A stretch of 64,000 bases of DNA from Nannocystis bainbridge (lineage in GTDB: Bacteria > Myxococcota_A > Polyangia > Nannocystales > Nannocystaceae). The position numbers and the translations under genes are program-made. This document shows, one piece after another, positions 40,119-50,215 of this stretch. Positions within the stretch are counted from its first letter, which is position 1. The number at the start of each line of letters is the position of its first letter. The notes below the pieces were generated by a model that made no database searches, was not told where the DNA came from, and worked only from the letters and a program-made list of their open reading frames with translations. The DNA is taken from positions 256,001-320,000 of the forward strand of contig NZ_JAQNDL010000001.1 of assembly GCF_028368995.1 (NCBI RefSeq). Reading direction: 5' to 3'.

Positions 40119-41999
40119 CTACTTGCCGCCGGCCGCCTTGAGCTGCCGCTTGGCCTCGTCGAGCGCCTTCTTCACGTCCTTGTCGTTCGAGCGCATCTTG
40201 GCCGCGGCGGCGTAGGCGTCGACCGCCTCCTGCCAGCGGCCCTTGCCGGCCATGCCCTGGCCCTTGAGCACCAGCGGGTCGAAGCCGGGCTTGACCCCGA
40301 GCTTCTCGTACTCCTCGAGCAGGGCCGCCAGCTCGTCCCAGGCCTTCATCAGCCGCAGGATCTTGCCCTCGCCGATCAGCGCCTCGGCCAGCAGCTCCTT
40401 GACCCCGGGGGTCTCGGGGGCCAGCGCCTGCACGCAGCGGAACACCTGACCCGCGTCGTGGAAGCGCTTGTCGGTCAGCGCCTTGCGGCCGGTGTCGAGC
40501 GCGGCCGACGGGATCTTCTTGGTGAGCCGCTCGATCGCCTCGTGCTTCGGATCGATCTCCCGCAGCGCGGCCAGGTAGTCGCGCACGCACTCGCCGGAGG
40601 GCTGACAGAAGCGGCCCTCGCTGAGCGCCAGGTCGGCGCGTCCGGCCAGGACCAGCGGGTCGCCGGCGTTGTCGACCGCCTGCGGGATCGCCAGGTCGAG
40701 CGGCTTCGGCGGCTCGGCCGGCGTCGAGTCGTCGACGTCCTGCGTGACCCCCGTCAAGACCGCCGGCCCCTCGCTCGGCGGCTTGGCCTCGCCGCCGAAC
40801 AGGCGCGGCCCGAACAGCACCAGCACCACCGCGATGGTGCCGGCGCCGACCAGCCACAGCCACGCGTGCGGGTGCTCCTTGACCGGCGGCGGCGCGACCA
40901 GCCGCGGCTCCGCGGTCGGCCGCGGCGCGCTCATCGACGCGCTCGCCAGCAGCATGTTGGGGTGCGACGCCGCGGCGATCGGCTCGCTCGGCGGCAGCAG
41001 CGAGCCCGAGCTGAGCGACGTCGCGGCTGACCTTTCGGACCTGTCCGAATCGCCAGACGACGAGCGAGCGGCCCGCGGCGCCGCCGGGTCGAGCGAGCGC
41101 AGGAGGTCGACCTCGAGCACCCGCATCGAGCGGATCCGGTTGTCGGGCCGGGGCGCCAGGCAACGCGCCACGAGGTCCGCCAGCGCGGCCGGCACGTCGC
41201 GCACCAGGTCGTCGACACGCGGGGCCTCCTGGCGGCCCTTCTTCATCATGATGTCGTAGTCGTTGCGGCCGGTGTACGGCAGCCGCCCGGTCAGCATCTC
41301 GAACAGCACCGTGCCGAGCGCGTAGATGTCGGAGACCGGGTCGGCCTCCTCGCCGGCCGCCTGCTCCGGCGCCATGTAGGCCGTCGACCCCACGAGCTTG
41401 TCGATCGTCGACACGCCCGAGCGCTCGCTGTCCATGTGCGAGCAGACGCCGAAGTCCAGCACCTTGACGACGTCGAGCTCGCCGTCCTCGGTGACGAGGA
41501 CGATGTTGCTCGGCTTGAGGTCGCGGTGGATGATGCCCATGTCGTGGGCGGTCCCCAGCGCGCGGCACACCTGGCTGGCGATGTGGACCGCCCGCCCGGC
41601 CGAGATGCGCTTCTCCTCGTCGAGCACGGCGCGCAGGTTCTGCCCGTCGAGCAGCTGCATCACCGAGTACACGCCGCCGTCGTCGAGCTTGCCGGTGCTG
41701 AACACCTCGATGATGTTGGGGTGTTGCAGCACCTGCGCCGCCTCGGCGTCGCGCAGGAAGCGGTCGCGGATCTCGGGGTCGCGCGCGTAGATCTCGGGCA
41801 GGATGCGCAGGGCGCAGGGGGCCCCGCGCTCGGTGTCGCGTGCCCGGTACAGCGCCCCCATCTCGTCGAAGGAGAGCAGCTCCTCGACGCGATAGCGGTG
41901 CGCGATCATCGTGCCCCAGCGCTGCTCCGCGGCCTCGCGCGGCGAAACCATCGCCCTGTTGGGGTTGCTGAGCAGGCCGTCGTTCTCGATATCCGCCAT
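40119..41999 (-). CDS. Membrane Ser/Thr kinase-family protein (probable pseudokinase) with TPR-like C-terminus
   Basis: HRDLKPSN, DFG, YMAPE, DIYALG; one TM helix; degenerate Gly-loop and VAIK motif. Confidence 0.88.
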   Translation of the reverse strand: MADIENDGLLSNPNRAMVSPREAAEQRWGTMIAHRYRVEELLSFDEMGALYRARDTERGAPCALRILPEIYARDPEIRDRFLRDAEAAQVLQHPNIIEVFSTGKLDDGGVYSVMQLLDGQNLRAVLDEEKRISAGRAVHIASQVCRALGTAHDMGIIHRDLKPSNIVLVTEDGELDVVKVLDFGVCSHMDSERSGVSTIDKLVGSTAYMAPEQAAGEEADPVSDIYALGTVLFEMLTGRLPYTGRNDYDIMMKKGRQEAPRVDDLVRDVPAALADLVARCLAPRPDNRIRSMRVLEVDLLRSLDPAAPRAARSSSGDSDRSERSAATSLSSGSLLPPSEPIAAASHPNMLLASASMSAPRPTAEPRLVAPPPVKEHPHAWLWLVGAGTIAVVLVLFGPRLFGGEAKPPSEGPAVLTGVTQDVDDSTPAEPPKPLDLAIPQAVDNAGDPLVLAGRADLALSEGRFCQPSGECVRDYLAALREIDPKHEAIERLTKKIPSAALDTGRKALTDKRFHDAGQVFRCVQALAPETPGVKELLAEALIGEGKILRLMKAWDELAALLEEYEKLGVKPGFDPLVLKGQGMAGKGRWQEAVDAYAAAAKMRSNDKDVKKALDEAKRQLKAAGGK

Positions 42000-42186
42000 G
42001 ATTCGAACTTGCTTGCCCGGCGCTGCAGCGCCGGGCCCCCAAGGCTAACGCGAGCCGGTCACACCCTCAAATTTGTGCCCCCGCGCAATTTCAGGCTGCG
42101 CCCGTCCCAACCTGCCGAATCGCGCCGCGAACGTTCCAGCGCACATGGGCGCGGAGAACTTCCGCATCACCCGCCGGACCCCGAGG

Positions 42187-43500
42187 TCACGGCGAGTCGT
42201 CGACCTCCATCCGCCCCGTCCACGGGCCCCCGTCGTCCGCGGGCACGGTCACCTGCCCGCGTTGCGAACGCAGCCCGCGCACCCGCACCCCGAGCGTGTA
42301 GGTCCCCGGCAACACCGCGGCCGCGCCGATGGTGCCCTCCTCGTCCGTGCGCGCGCCGGCGAAGGGCCCGCCGTCGACCACCGCCCCGACCACGGGCAGG
42401 TCGCTGCCGCGTCGTATCACCGCCACGGTCACCGCGCGGCCGAGCGCCGGCACGCTCCCGACCAGCGTCACCGCCTCTCCGGCCACGTGTCCGGCCGAGA
42501 CCGCCAGCTCGACCCCGTCCTGGACCACGCGCAGGTCGTAGCTGCCCTCGCCGAGCTCCGCGAGGCTGAACTGCCCGGCCTCGACCCGCGCCTGGTGAAC
42601 CTCGTAGCCTCGCGCCTGCGCCCGCGCCAACACACGCGCGCGCGCGTAGGCCCGACCCTCGGCGTCGGTCACCGTGCCCTGCAGCGGCGTCAGCGGCGGC
42701 GCCAGCACCAATTGCCAGCCGTCCTCGTCGTCGACCGACACCTCCTTCTCGGTCGCGCGGAAGCCCGGCGCCCGGGCGATGAGCATCAGGGACGCGTAGG
42801 TCGGCACGTCGCGGGCGTCGCCCGGCTCGCAGCGCCCGCTGGCCTCGCCGCACGGGTCGCACGGCGGCTTCTCGACCCGCGCGAAGCTGAAGAAGCCCTC
42901 GCCGTCGCTGACCGTGTTGCGCGAGGTGAACGGCGGCAGCGCGCCCGGATCGTCGTCGGCCCCGCGGCGGACCCAGATCTGCGCCCCCGCGACCGCCCGG
43001 CCCTCGCCGTCGCTGACCGAACCAACCACCCGGCCCAGCGATTGCGCGACCAGCGTCACCGGCGCCCGGTTCGGCTCGAGCACCCACGGATCGCGCGGCA
43101 CCATCGTCGGGTGCCGCAGCTCGGCGCAGACGATGCCGCGGCAGCCCGGCCCGCTGAAATCGCCCTCGGCCCCGAGCTCCACCACCCCGCCGTCGATCGG
43201 CGCGCTGCGGCCCGTCCCGCCGGCCAGGCAGTGCAAGATGATCCGCCCGTCGCTGACGGGGCTGCCGTCGCGGTCGACGATCCGCCCCTGCACGACCCCT
43301 CGCCCGCTGCGATCGACGTCCGCACGGCGCGCCACCCCCTGCGTCGGCGCACCGACCTCGACCGCCGCCGTCACCTGCGTCGCCGTCGGCTTGTTCTTGC
43401 GCGCCCCCGGGCGAGCGGTCGACCGCGCGCCGGTCCCGAGCCAGACGGCCAGCGCCGCCAGCAACGCCAGCAGCGCGGCCACCACCGCCGCTCGCCTCAT
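42187..43500 (-). CDS. Carboxypeptidase-regulatory-like (beta-sandwich) repeat protein
   Basis: N-terminal anchor; repeated G-x-V-x-D-x-G-x-P/A-V-x-GA modules (QGRIVDRDGSPV, GSVSDGEGRAVAGA, QGTVTDAEGR). Confidence 0.75.
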   Translation of the reverse strand: MRRAAVVAALLALLAALAVWLGTGARSTARPGARKNKPTATQVTAAVEVGAPTQGVARRADVDRSGRGVVQGRIVDRDGSPVSDGRIILHCLAGGTGRSAPIDGGVVELGAEGDFSGPGCRGIVCAELRHPTMVPRDPWVLEPNRAPVTLVAQSLGRVVGSVSDGEGRAVAGAQIWVRRGADDDPGALPPFTSRNTVSDGEGFFSFARVEKPPCDPCGEASGRCEPGDARDVPTYASLMLIARAPGFRATEKEVSVDDEDGWQLVLAPPLTPLQGTVTDAEGRAYARARVLARAQARGYEVHQARVEAGQFSLAELGEGSYDLRVVQDGVELAVSAGHVAGEAVTLVGSVPALGRAVTVAVIRRGSDLPVVGAVVDGGPFAGARTDEEGTIGAAAVLPGTYTLGVRVRGLRSQRGQVTVPADDGGPWTGRMEVDDSP

Positions 43501-45299
43501 GAAGCCGAACCCAGCCAGGGTCGCATCATCGCCTCGATCTGCGCGTGCGCGTCGGCCAGCACCGCCTCGACCACCGCGTCGATCTGCGACACCAGCGCCG
43601 GCAGAGCCGCCGGCTCGATCCCCGGCGCGCTGCGAGCGAGCCCGTAGATCTTCAGCTTCGGCTCCGTACCGCTCGGGCGCAGCACCAGCCGGCATTTCTT
43701 ACCGCCCTCGCCCTCGAGCTCGAGGCTCAGCACGTCGCCCGGCAGATCGCGCGTCGGCGATCCGGTGCCGCGCGGCCGCAGCCGATCCTCGAAGTGACGC
43801 GTGGTGAGCCCGGCGAAGCCCGCGGGCGGCGACGTCCGCCACGCCTGCATCAGCGCCGCGATCGCCTGCCGCCCGGCCAGGCCCGGCGCCATGTAGTTGA
43901 GCGTCTTCTCGCGGTGGTAGCCGAAGCGGCACCAGATCGCGTCGAGCGAGTCGAGCAGCGTCTCGCCGCGCAGCTTGGCCAGCGCCGCCGCCTCGGCCAG
44001 CAGCAGCGCCGCGATCGAACCATCCTTGTCGCGGATCTCGTCGCCGCGCAGGTACCCGTGGCTCTCCTCGCAGGCGAACACGACCGTGCGATCGGGGTGC
44101 TCCGCCGCCATGCCCGCGTGGTGCTTGAAGCCGACCAGCAGATCGTCGACCGCCGTCAGCCCGCGGGCCGCGGCCATCGTCGCGATCAGCGGCGTCGTCA
44201 CCAGCGTCGTCAGCACCCACCCGTCTTCGTCGAGCGTCGCGTTGGCGAGCACGTGATCGAGCATCAGCACCCCGAGGCGGTTGCCGTCGAGGGCCACGAA
44301 CTTGCCGTCGCGCCCGCGCACGCACGCGCCCAGGCGGTCGGCGTCGGGGTCGGTGGCCAGGACCAGGTCGGCACCTGTCTCTTCGGCCAGCTCAATCGCC
44401 ATCGCCATCGACTCCGGCGCCTCGGGGTTGGCCGAGCGGACCGTCGAGAACCTGCCGCCGTCGGGATCGCACTGGCGCTCGACCGGCAGCACCTCGATCT
44501 TCCGCGCGCGCAGGGCCGGCAGCACGCTGGTGTGACCGACCCCGTGCAGCGGGGTGAAGGCCACCTTCAGCCCCGCGGCCGACAGGTCCGCCGGCGCCAC
44601 GCCTTGCGCCAGCACGTACGCGTGGTACGCCGGGTCCGCCTCGGTCGCCACGCGCTCGGGCGGCAGCACGTGGATCAACTTGCGCTGCTCCTCTTGCAGC
44701 CCCGGGAGCTCCTGCACCGCCAGGATCGCGCGCATCAGCGCCGCGTCGCGCTCGCCCAGCACCTGCGCGCCGTCAGGCCCGTAGATCTTGATGCCGTTGT
44801 CCTCCGGCGGGTTGTGGCTGGCGCTGATGACCACACCGGCCCCGCAGCCGAGCCGACGCACCAGGAACGACAGCTCGGGCGTCGGCCGCGGTGCGTCGAT
44901 CAGAACCACTGTCACGCCGCCGGCGGCGCACTGCTCGGCCACCGCGTAGGCGAAGTCCCGCGAGTGCGTGCGCGTGTCGTAGACCACGGCCACCTGGGGC
45001 GTGTCGCCGGCCGCGCGCATGGCCTCCACCAGCCCCTGAGCTGTTTCGCGCACCACTACCTTATTAAAGCGGTTGGGACCGGGCCCGACCTTGCCGCGGC
45101 GCCCGCCGGTGCCGATCGGCAGCACCTGCGAATAGGCGTCGAGGATCTCCGCCACCGCCACGGCCGACCCCGCTTCGGCGGCGGCGACCAGCGCCTGCAG
45201 CGCCTCGCGCTCGGGGGTGAATCGGGGCTCGGCGAGCCAGTGGGACAGGGTGCGCTCGACATCGGCGGGGAGGCGGAGGGCGCTCAGGCTCGGGGTCAC
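43497..45299 (-). CDS. Phosphoglucomutase/phosphomannomutase family protein
   Basis: ISASHNP phosphoserine loop, DPDADR metal loop, FACEESHG, RPSGTEPKLK. Confidence 0.95.
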   Translation of the reverse strand: MTPSLSALRLPADVERTLSHWLAEPRFTPEREALQALVAAAEAGSAVAVAEILDAYSQVLPIGTGGRRGKVGPGPNRFNKVVVRETAQGLVEAMRAAGDTPQVAVVYDTRTHSRDFAYAVAEQCAAGGVTVVLIDAPRPTPELSFLVRRLGCGAGVVISASHNPPEDNGIKIYGPDGAQVLGERDAALMRAILAVQELPGLQEEQRKLIHVLPPERVATEADPAYHAYVLAQGVAPADLSAAGLKVAFTPLHGVGHTSVLPALRARKIEVLPVERQCDPDGGRFSTVRSANPEAPESMAMAIELAEETGADLVLATDPDADRLGACVRGRDGKFVALDGNRLGVLMLDHVLANATLDEDGWVLTTLVTTPLIATMAAARGLTAVDDLLVGFKHHAGMAAEHPDRTVVFACEESHGYLRGDEIRDKDGSIAALLLAEAAALAKLRGETLLDSLDAIWCRFGYHREKTLNYMAPGLAGRQAIAALMQAWRTSPPAGFAGLTTRHFEDRLRPRGTGSPTRDLPGDVLSLELEGEGGKKCRLVLRPSGTEPKLKIYGLARSAPGIEPAALPALVSQIDAVVEAVLADAHAQIEAMMRPWLGSAS

Positions 45300-45413
45300 G
45301 GGCGGATCTTACCTCAGCGACATGCACGCCAGTGAAATCATCTGCGCCGCGCCTACGTTTTGTGGAACACTCAAAGGCTGCCGGTTGTCCGGGCCAGCAC
45401 GTAAGGCGGGTTT

Positions 45414-47765
45414 ATGGCGAACCAGGATCCTCGTACTCCTTCACGACCGACTGGGGCCCAGAGCCCGACGCGGTCCCTCTCCCAACGACTTCGTCCCTTC
45501 CTCCGCCGCGACCTCCGGTCGCGCACCGCCTCGGCCCTGGTCGCCGCGACCCTGATCAGCGGCCTGACATGGCTAGGGACCTCCGCGCTGACGCGCATGG
45601 ACAGCCCCGCCGCTCAGGACGTGCGCGTCGCCGTCGGCCTCGAGGACGCCTGGGCCGTGTGCGACGGCCCGCAGATGCCGCGCTGCAGCTTCGACGACCG
45701 CGAGCAGGCCGTCGTCGACCGCGAGTTCGCCGCGCAGCAGCGCGTGCGGATCGCCGTGCTCACCGAGCTGCGCGCCCGCGTCGACCAGGCCGTGCGCAAC
45801 CTCGACCGCGCCCAGTCGATCCTCAAGCGCGAGACCGTCGACCTGCGCGGCGACCTCCTCGGCGGGCGCAGCGACCTCCACGAGCTCCTGCTCTCGACCG
45901 TCGACCTCCGCCCGCTGACCACGCGTGACGAGGACCTGGCCCGCACCGCTGCGATCCAGGCCGCCGCCTTCGCGGTCGACGTCGACAACGGCAAGCTCGG
46001 CGAGCCCGCCGGTCCGCTGCTGCGCGAGATCGACGGCCAGCGCCGCCAGCTCGTCGCGCTCGGCGCCCGCATCGATCGCCTCGAGCGGCGCGACGGCCCC
46101 GTCGCCATCGACACCAACGGCACCGATCGCCAGGCGCTGTGGGCCGACCTCTTCAACAACGATCCGTACGGCGACGGCGGCCAGCTCGCCGGCTGGGTGC
46201 TGAGCTCGGGCGGCCTGCCGCACATCTCCAACACCCTCGTCAACCTCGCCAAGGGCGACCTGCGGACCCTCGCCGAGGCCGTGTTCAACCCCAGCGCCGC
46301 GCTGTGGCAGGGCGGCCTCGTCGACCCGATCGCCGAGTTCACCGCGCTGCAGAAGCCGTCGGTCCGCTACCGTTCGCCGGTGTCCGACAACCAGCGCGGC
46401 CAGCTGATCGGCTCCGTGCTGTTCGGCTTCGCCGCCTTCATGCTCCTGTTGGTCGGCCCGGTCGTCACCGCCACGCACACCGCCCGCGAGCGCGAGGCCG
46501 GCACCTTGCCGGTCCTGCGCATGACCGGCCTGTCCGCGGGTGACCTCGCCCTCGCCATGTCGGTCGGGCCCAACGTGTTCGCCATGGTCGCCGGCGCCCT
46601 GCTGCTGCTGCCCGCCCTGGCGCTGCTCGGCCTCACCGTCGGCTTCGGCCCGCTGCTGCTCCCGCTCGGCCTCCTCGTGCTCTTCACCGGCGCCACGCAC
46701 CTCACCGCGATCGGCCTCGGCGACGCGCTCGGTCAGCGGGTCAACGCCTTGCTCGTCGGCGCCTTGATGGCCGTCGGCATCGCCGGCGCCGGCCTCTTCG
46801 GCACCGCGCTCGTCGGTGCCAACATCGCCAGCGCCGGCCTCCTCCTCGGCCCCCTGCCCACCGTGCTCGGCGCGATCCTCGGCTTCACCGGCCTGCCCGG
46901 CTCCGCCGATCTCATGACCGCCGGCGACCCCGAGCTCGGCTCCTCCTTCCTCGCCTACGCCGTCGGCACGCAGGTCATGCTCGCCACGATCTGCCTGTTC
47001 AGCTGGCGCCGCCGCGTCGAGCAGGCCTGGGCCCCGCTGTTCCGCCCGGCCGAGGGCGTCGCGCTCGCGCTCGCGTGCGTCGGCTGCTCGGGCCTCACGC
47101 TGCTCGACCTCTCGTCGCGCACCAACACCCAGACCTTCGACGGCCTCAACCTCGTCACCTTCCTCGCCAGCGCCTTCTTGCTGCCGGTGCTCGGGTGGCT
47201 GCTGGTCGCCAGCCTGCGTCGCCCGGCCCGCGCCCACGCGGTGCCGAGCCACGTCGAGGCCCGCGGCGCCTTCCTGCGCTTCCAGGGCGTGCTGGCCGTC
47301 GCCATGCTCGTGGTCGGCTTCGCCTACAGCGCGGTGATGCAGCGCAACGGCCTCGCCGGCGAGCAGAGCGAGATCATGTACGCCACGCTGACGCAGGTCC
47401 TGCTGATCGCCGAGACCGCCGTCGCCACCTTGCTGCTCGCCTCGCGCAAGCGCGACGGCAAGCTCGGCATCGCCATGATGGGCGGCGCCCTGCTGCTCCT
47501 GCAGATCGTCTTCGCCGTGCTGGTCTACCGCCTCGAGGTCGACCACGTCGCCCTCACCCACAGCGCCGGCCTGCCGTTCCTCTACGGCATGAACGCCTCG
47601 CCCTACTGGATCGCCCTCATGATCCTCACCTGGGGCGCCGGCTTCGGCCTCATCCTCACTGCCCTGCTGCGTGAGCGCGACCAGGCCCGCGCCGCCGCGG
47701 CCGACGCCGACGAGCAGGCGGACGAGGACGCCGACGACGAGCGTCGCGGCCGCTGGCTCCACTGA
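45414..47765 (+). CDS. Multi-pass membrane protein, ABC-2 permease-like with large extracytoplasmic domain
   Basis: AREREAGTLPVLRMTGLS (ABC-2 E-x-E-x-GT-L motif); more than 10 TM helices. Confidence 0.7.
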   Translation: MANQDPRTPSRPTGAQSPTRSLSQRLRPFLRRDLRSRTASALVAATLISGLTWLGTSALTRMDSPAAQDVRVAVGLEDAWAVCDGPQMPRCSFDDREQAVVDREFAAQQRVRIAVLTELRARVDQAVRNLDRAQSILKRETVDLRGDLLGGRSDLHELLLSTVDLRPLTTRDEDLARTAAIQAAAFAVDVDNGKLGEPAGPLLREIDGQRRQLVALGARIDRLERRDGPVAIDTNGTDRQALWADLFNNDPYGDGGQLAGWVLSSGGLPHISNTLVNLAKGDLRTLAEAVFNPSAALWQGGLVDPIAEFTALQKPSVRYRSPVSDNQRGQLIGSVLFGFAAFMLLLVGPVVTATHTAREREAGTLPVLRMTGLSAGDLALAMSVGPNVFAMVAGALLLLPALALLGLTVGFGPLLLPLGLLVLFTGATHLTAIGLGDALGQRVNALLVGALMAVGIAGAGLFGTALVGANIASAGLLLGPLPTVLGAILGFTGLPGSADLMTAGDPELGSSFLAYAVGTQVMLATICLFSWRRRVEQAWAPLFRPAEGVALALACVGCSGLTLLDLSSRTNTQTFDGLNLVTFLASAFLLPVLGWLLVASLRRPARAHAVPSHVEARGAFLRFQGVLAVAMLVVGFAYSAVMQRNGLAGEQSEIMYATLTQVLLIAETAVATLLLASRKRDGKLGIAMMGGALLLLQIVFAVLVYRLEVDHVALTHSAGLPFLYGMNASPYWIALMILTWGAGFGLILTALLRERDQARAAAADADEQADEDADDERRGRWLH

Positions 47766-47785
47766 TCCCGCGTTCGCTTGAGTCT

Positions 47786-47832
47786 CGGGCGGCGGCAGGG
47801 CTATAAGGCCCGGCCTCCGCCCGGAGTCTTTT
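47786..47832 (+). terminator. Possible GC hairpin with short T-tract
   Basis: Imperfect stem cgggcggcggcagggc-tataag-gcccggcctccgcccg followed by gagtctttt. Confidence 0.3.
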
Positions 47833-47863
47833 AAGAACCCCCGGACCTCTCGAGTCGCCCAAA

Positions 47864-48694
47864 ATGCCCTGGCTTTACGAGCACTACCACGACCTCTCCG
47901 CGATCGGCCTCCACGTCACCGACAAGGTCCACGAGGAGCAGAGCCCCTTCCAGCGCATCGAGGTCTACGACACCAAGGGCCACGGCCGCCTGCTCATGCT
48001 CGACGGCATGGTCATGCTGACCGAGCTCGACGAGTTCGTGTACCACGAGCTCATCAGCCACATCCCGCTGTGCATCCATCGCGACCCGCGGCGCGTGCTC
48101 GTCGTCGGCGGTGGCGACGGCGGCACCGTGCGCGAGGTGCTGCGGCACCCCGGCGTCGAGCAGGTCGTCCTGTGCGAGATCGACGAGCGAGTCACCCGCG
48201 TCTGCCAGCAGTGGATCCCCGCCGTCGCCGGGCGCCTCGAAGACCCGCGCGTCGAGCTCGTGTTCGCCGACGCCGTCGAGTACGTCCGCAACCATCCTGA
48301 CAGCTTCGACGCCATCCTCGTCGACAGCTCCGAGCCGATCGGTCCCGCCGCCGGCCTGTTCGGCGGGGCCTTCTTCGCCGACCTGCGCCGCGCCTTGCGT
48401 CCGGGCGGCATCATCAGCGCCCAGACCGAGTCGCCGTTTTACGCCGCCGACACCGTGCGCGGCGTCTTCAAGGAGCTGCGGGGCGTCTTCGCCGGCGTGC
48501 ACGCCTACTACGGCAGCATCCCCACCTACCCGAGCGGCTGCTGGACCTTCGCCCTCGCCGGTGACGACCTCCGCCTCGGCGATCTCGACGCCACCCGCCT
48601 CGCCGCCGTCGCTGGCCGCTACGTCGGCCCGAGCCTCGGCCTCGGCGCCTTCGCCTTGCCCGAGTTCGTGCGTCGCCTCGTTGAGGGCGACTGA
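47864..48694 (+). CDS. speE: Spermidine synthase (polyamine aminopropyltransferase)
   Basis: QSPFQRI, LMLDG, DEFVYHE, VLVVGGGDGG, CEID, DSSEP, PTYPSGCW. Confidence 0.95.
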   Translation: MPWLYEHYHDLSAIGLHVTDKVHEEQSPFQRIEVYDTKGHGRLLMLDGMVMLTELDEFVYHELISHIPLCIHRDPRRVLVVGGGDGGTVREVLRHPGVEQVVLCEIDERVTRVCQQWIPAVAGRLEDPRVELVFADAVEYVRNHPDSFDAILVDSSEPIGPAAGLFGGAFFADLRRALRPGGIISAQTESPFYAADTVRGVFKELRGVFAGVHAYYGSIPTYPSGCWTFALAGDDLRLGDLDATRLAAVAGRYVGPSLGLGAFALPEFVRRLVEGD

Positions 48695-48771
48695 CACCAG
48701 CGAAAACGGGTGATCACACACACGCAGCGCGCGCCGCATCGCTGCAGAGGCCGTCTGGTACCGTCGCCACG

Positions 48772-50175
48772 ATGGCCCCTCAAAACGCGCGCACCCGTCT
48801 TTCCTGCCTCGTCCTGACGCTGCTCCTCGTGCCTGGATCGGCACTCGCGGACGGGCCTGACGACGTCGCCGCCGCCATCCCGATCACCTCGCCGTTCCAC
48901 CAGCCGCTGGTGTTCGGCGCCGACCTCGAGCAGCCGCCGCTGCCCGCCGGCGAGTGGATCGTGTTCACCAACTTCGACGGCGCCGACATGAACTTCTGCG
49001 GCTGGGGCAACAACGACCCGCAGGACAACTGCTCGACGATCTTCGACGGTCAGGTCCTGCCGTTCGGCGGCGACGCTGGCCGGCGCGCCGCCGTCGTCCA
49101 GGTCATGCGCAACGACCTCGGCAAGTTCAACATCCACGTCACCGACGTCCGCCCGGCCAGCGGCGACTACGACATGGAGATGATCGGCGACTGGAACCCT
49201 GCTCCGGGCGGCGGCTTCGCCGGCGTCGCGCCGAGCATCGACTGCTTCAACAGCGACGGCGGCGAGGTCAGCTTCACCCTCGACTACACCAGCTCGCCGA
49301 CCGGCATCGCCAAGGCCGTGTTGCAGGAGATCGCCCACACCTGGGGCCTCGAGCACGTCGAGTCGAAGTCCGACCTGCTCTACCCGACCACCCAGAGCGT
49401 GCCTGACCCGACCTACGTCGACGAGTGCTTCCGGATCGTCCGCCTCGACGACAACAACCAGCCGGTGCCCGAGAACAACATCGAGTGTCCCAACCAGCAC
49501 TCGCAGTTCTGCAACGGCAGCACCTTCCAGAACAGCTACCAGGAGCTGATGCAGATCTTCGGGCCCGGGTCGCCCGACCTCACCGCGCCGACGATCGACA
49601 TCACTGCCCCGGCCGAGGGCGCCGAGCTCGACGGCAAGTTCGACCTCACGCTCACTGCCGCCGACAACCAGTCGCCGCAGCAGCTCACGCTCACCCTCAA
49701 GATCGACGGCCCGAGCGCCACCGAGACCGACCCGACCGCCTGGCCCAGCCCCTCCGATCTGACCTTCCCGATCTCCGGCCTCGCGCCCGGCGAGTACACC
49801 GTCACCGCCACCGTCCACGACGAGGACAAGAACGAGGCGATCGACACCGTACACTTCACCATCAAGGGCGAGCCCGTCCCCGGCACCACCGGCGAGCCCG
49901 ACACCACCGGCGAGCCTGCCACCACCACGGGCGACGACAGCACCACCGGCGAAGCCCCCGACACCACCGGCGACGCGCCGACTACGAGCGACGGCAGCGG
50001 CGACCCGACCACCGGCGTCACCAGCGCGACTGGCGGCACCGACTCGGCCACCACCGGCGACCAGAGCGGCGGCGATGACGGCTGCGCCTGCCGATCGGAC
50101 CTCGCTCCGACCTCCGGCGCGCCCGCCCTGCTGCTCCTCCTCGGCCTCGCCCGCCGTCGCCGCCCCCGCTCGTAG
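48772..50175 (+). CDS. Secreted zincin-like + Ig-like protein with MYXO-CTERM-like tail
   Basis: Signal peptide; QEIAHTWGLEH; DLTAPTIDITAP Ig-like domain; TTG repeats; GCAC..LLLLLGLARRRR tail. Confidence 0.8.
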   Translation: MAPQNARTRLSCLVLTLLLVPGSALADGPDDVAAAIPITSPFHQPLVFGADLEQPPLPAGEWIVFTNFDGADMNFCGWGNNDPQDNCSTIFDGQVLPFGGDAGRRAAVVQVMRNDLGKFNIHVTDVRPASGDYDMEMIGDWNPAPGGGFAGVAPSIDCFNSDGGEVSFTLDYTSSPTGIAKAVLQEIAHTWGLEHVESKSDLLYPTTQSVPDPTYVDECFRIVRLDDNNQPVPENNIECPNQHSQFCNGSTFQNSYQELMQIFGPGSPDLTAPTIDITAPAEGAELDGKFDLTLTAADNQSPQQLTLTLKIDGPSATETDPTAWPSPSDLTFPISGLAPGEYTVTATVHDEDKNEAIDTVHFTIKGEPVPGTTGEPDTTGEPATTTGDDSTTGEAPDTTGDAPTTSDGSGDPTTGVTSATGGTDSATTGDQSGGDDGCACRSDLAPTSGAPALLLLLGLARRRRPRS

Positions 50176-50215
50176 CCCCTGCGCCCGCGCGCCAAACCGC
50201 GTACCCTGACCGCCC

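Noticed and set aside
49880-50070. TTG(E/D) peptide repeats, also at 57760-57960
   Set aside because: Ordinary low-complexity linkers of myxobacterial surface proteins.
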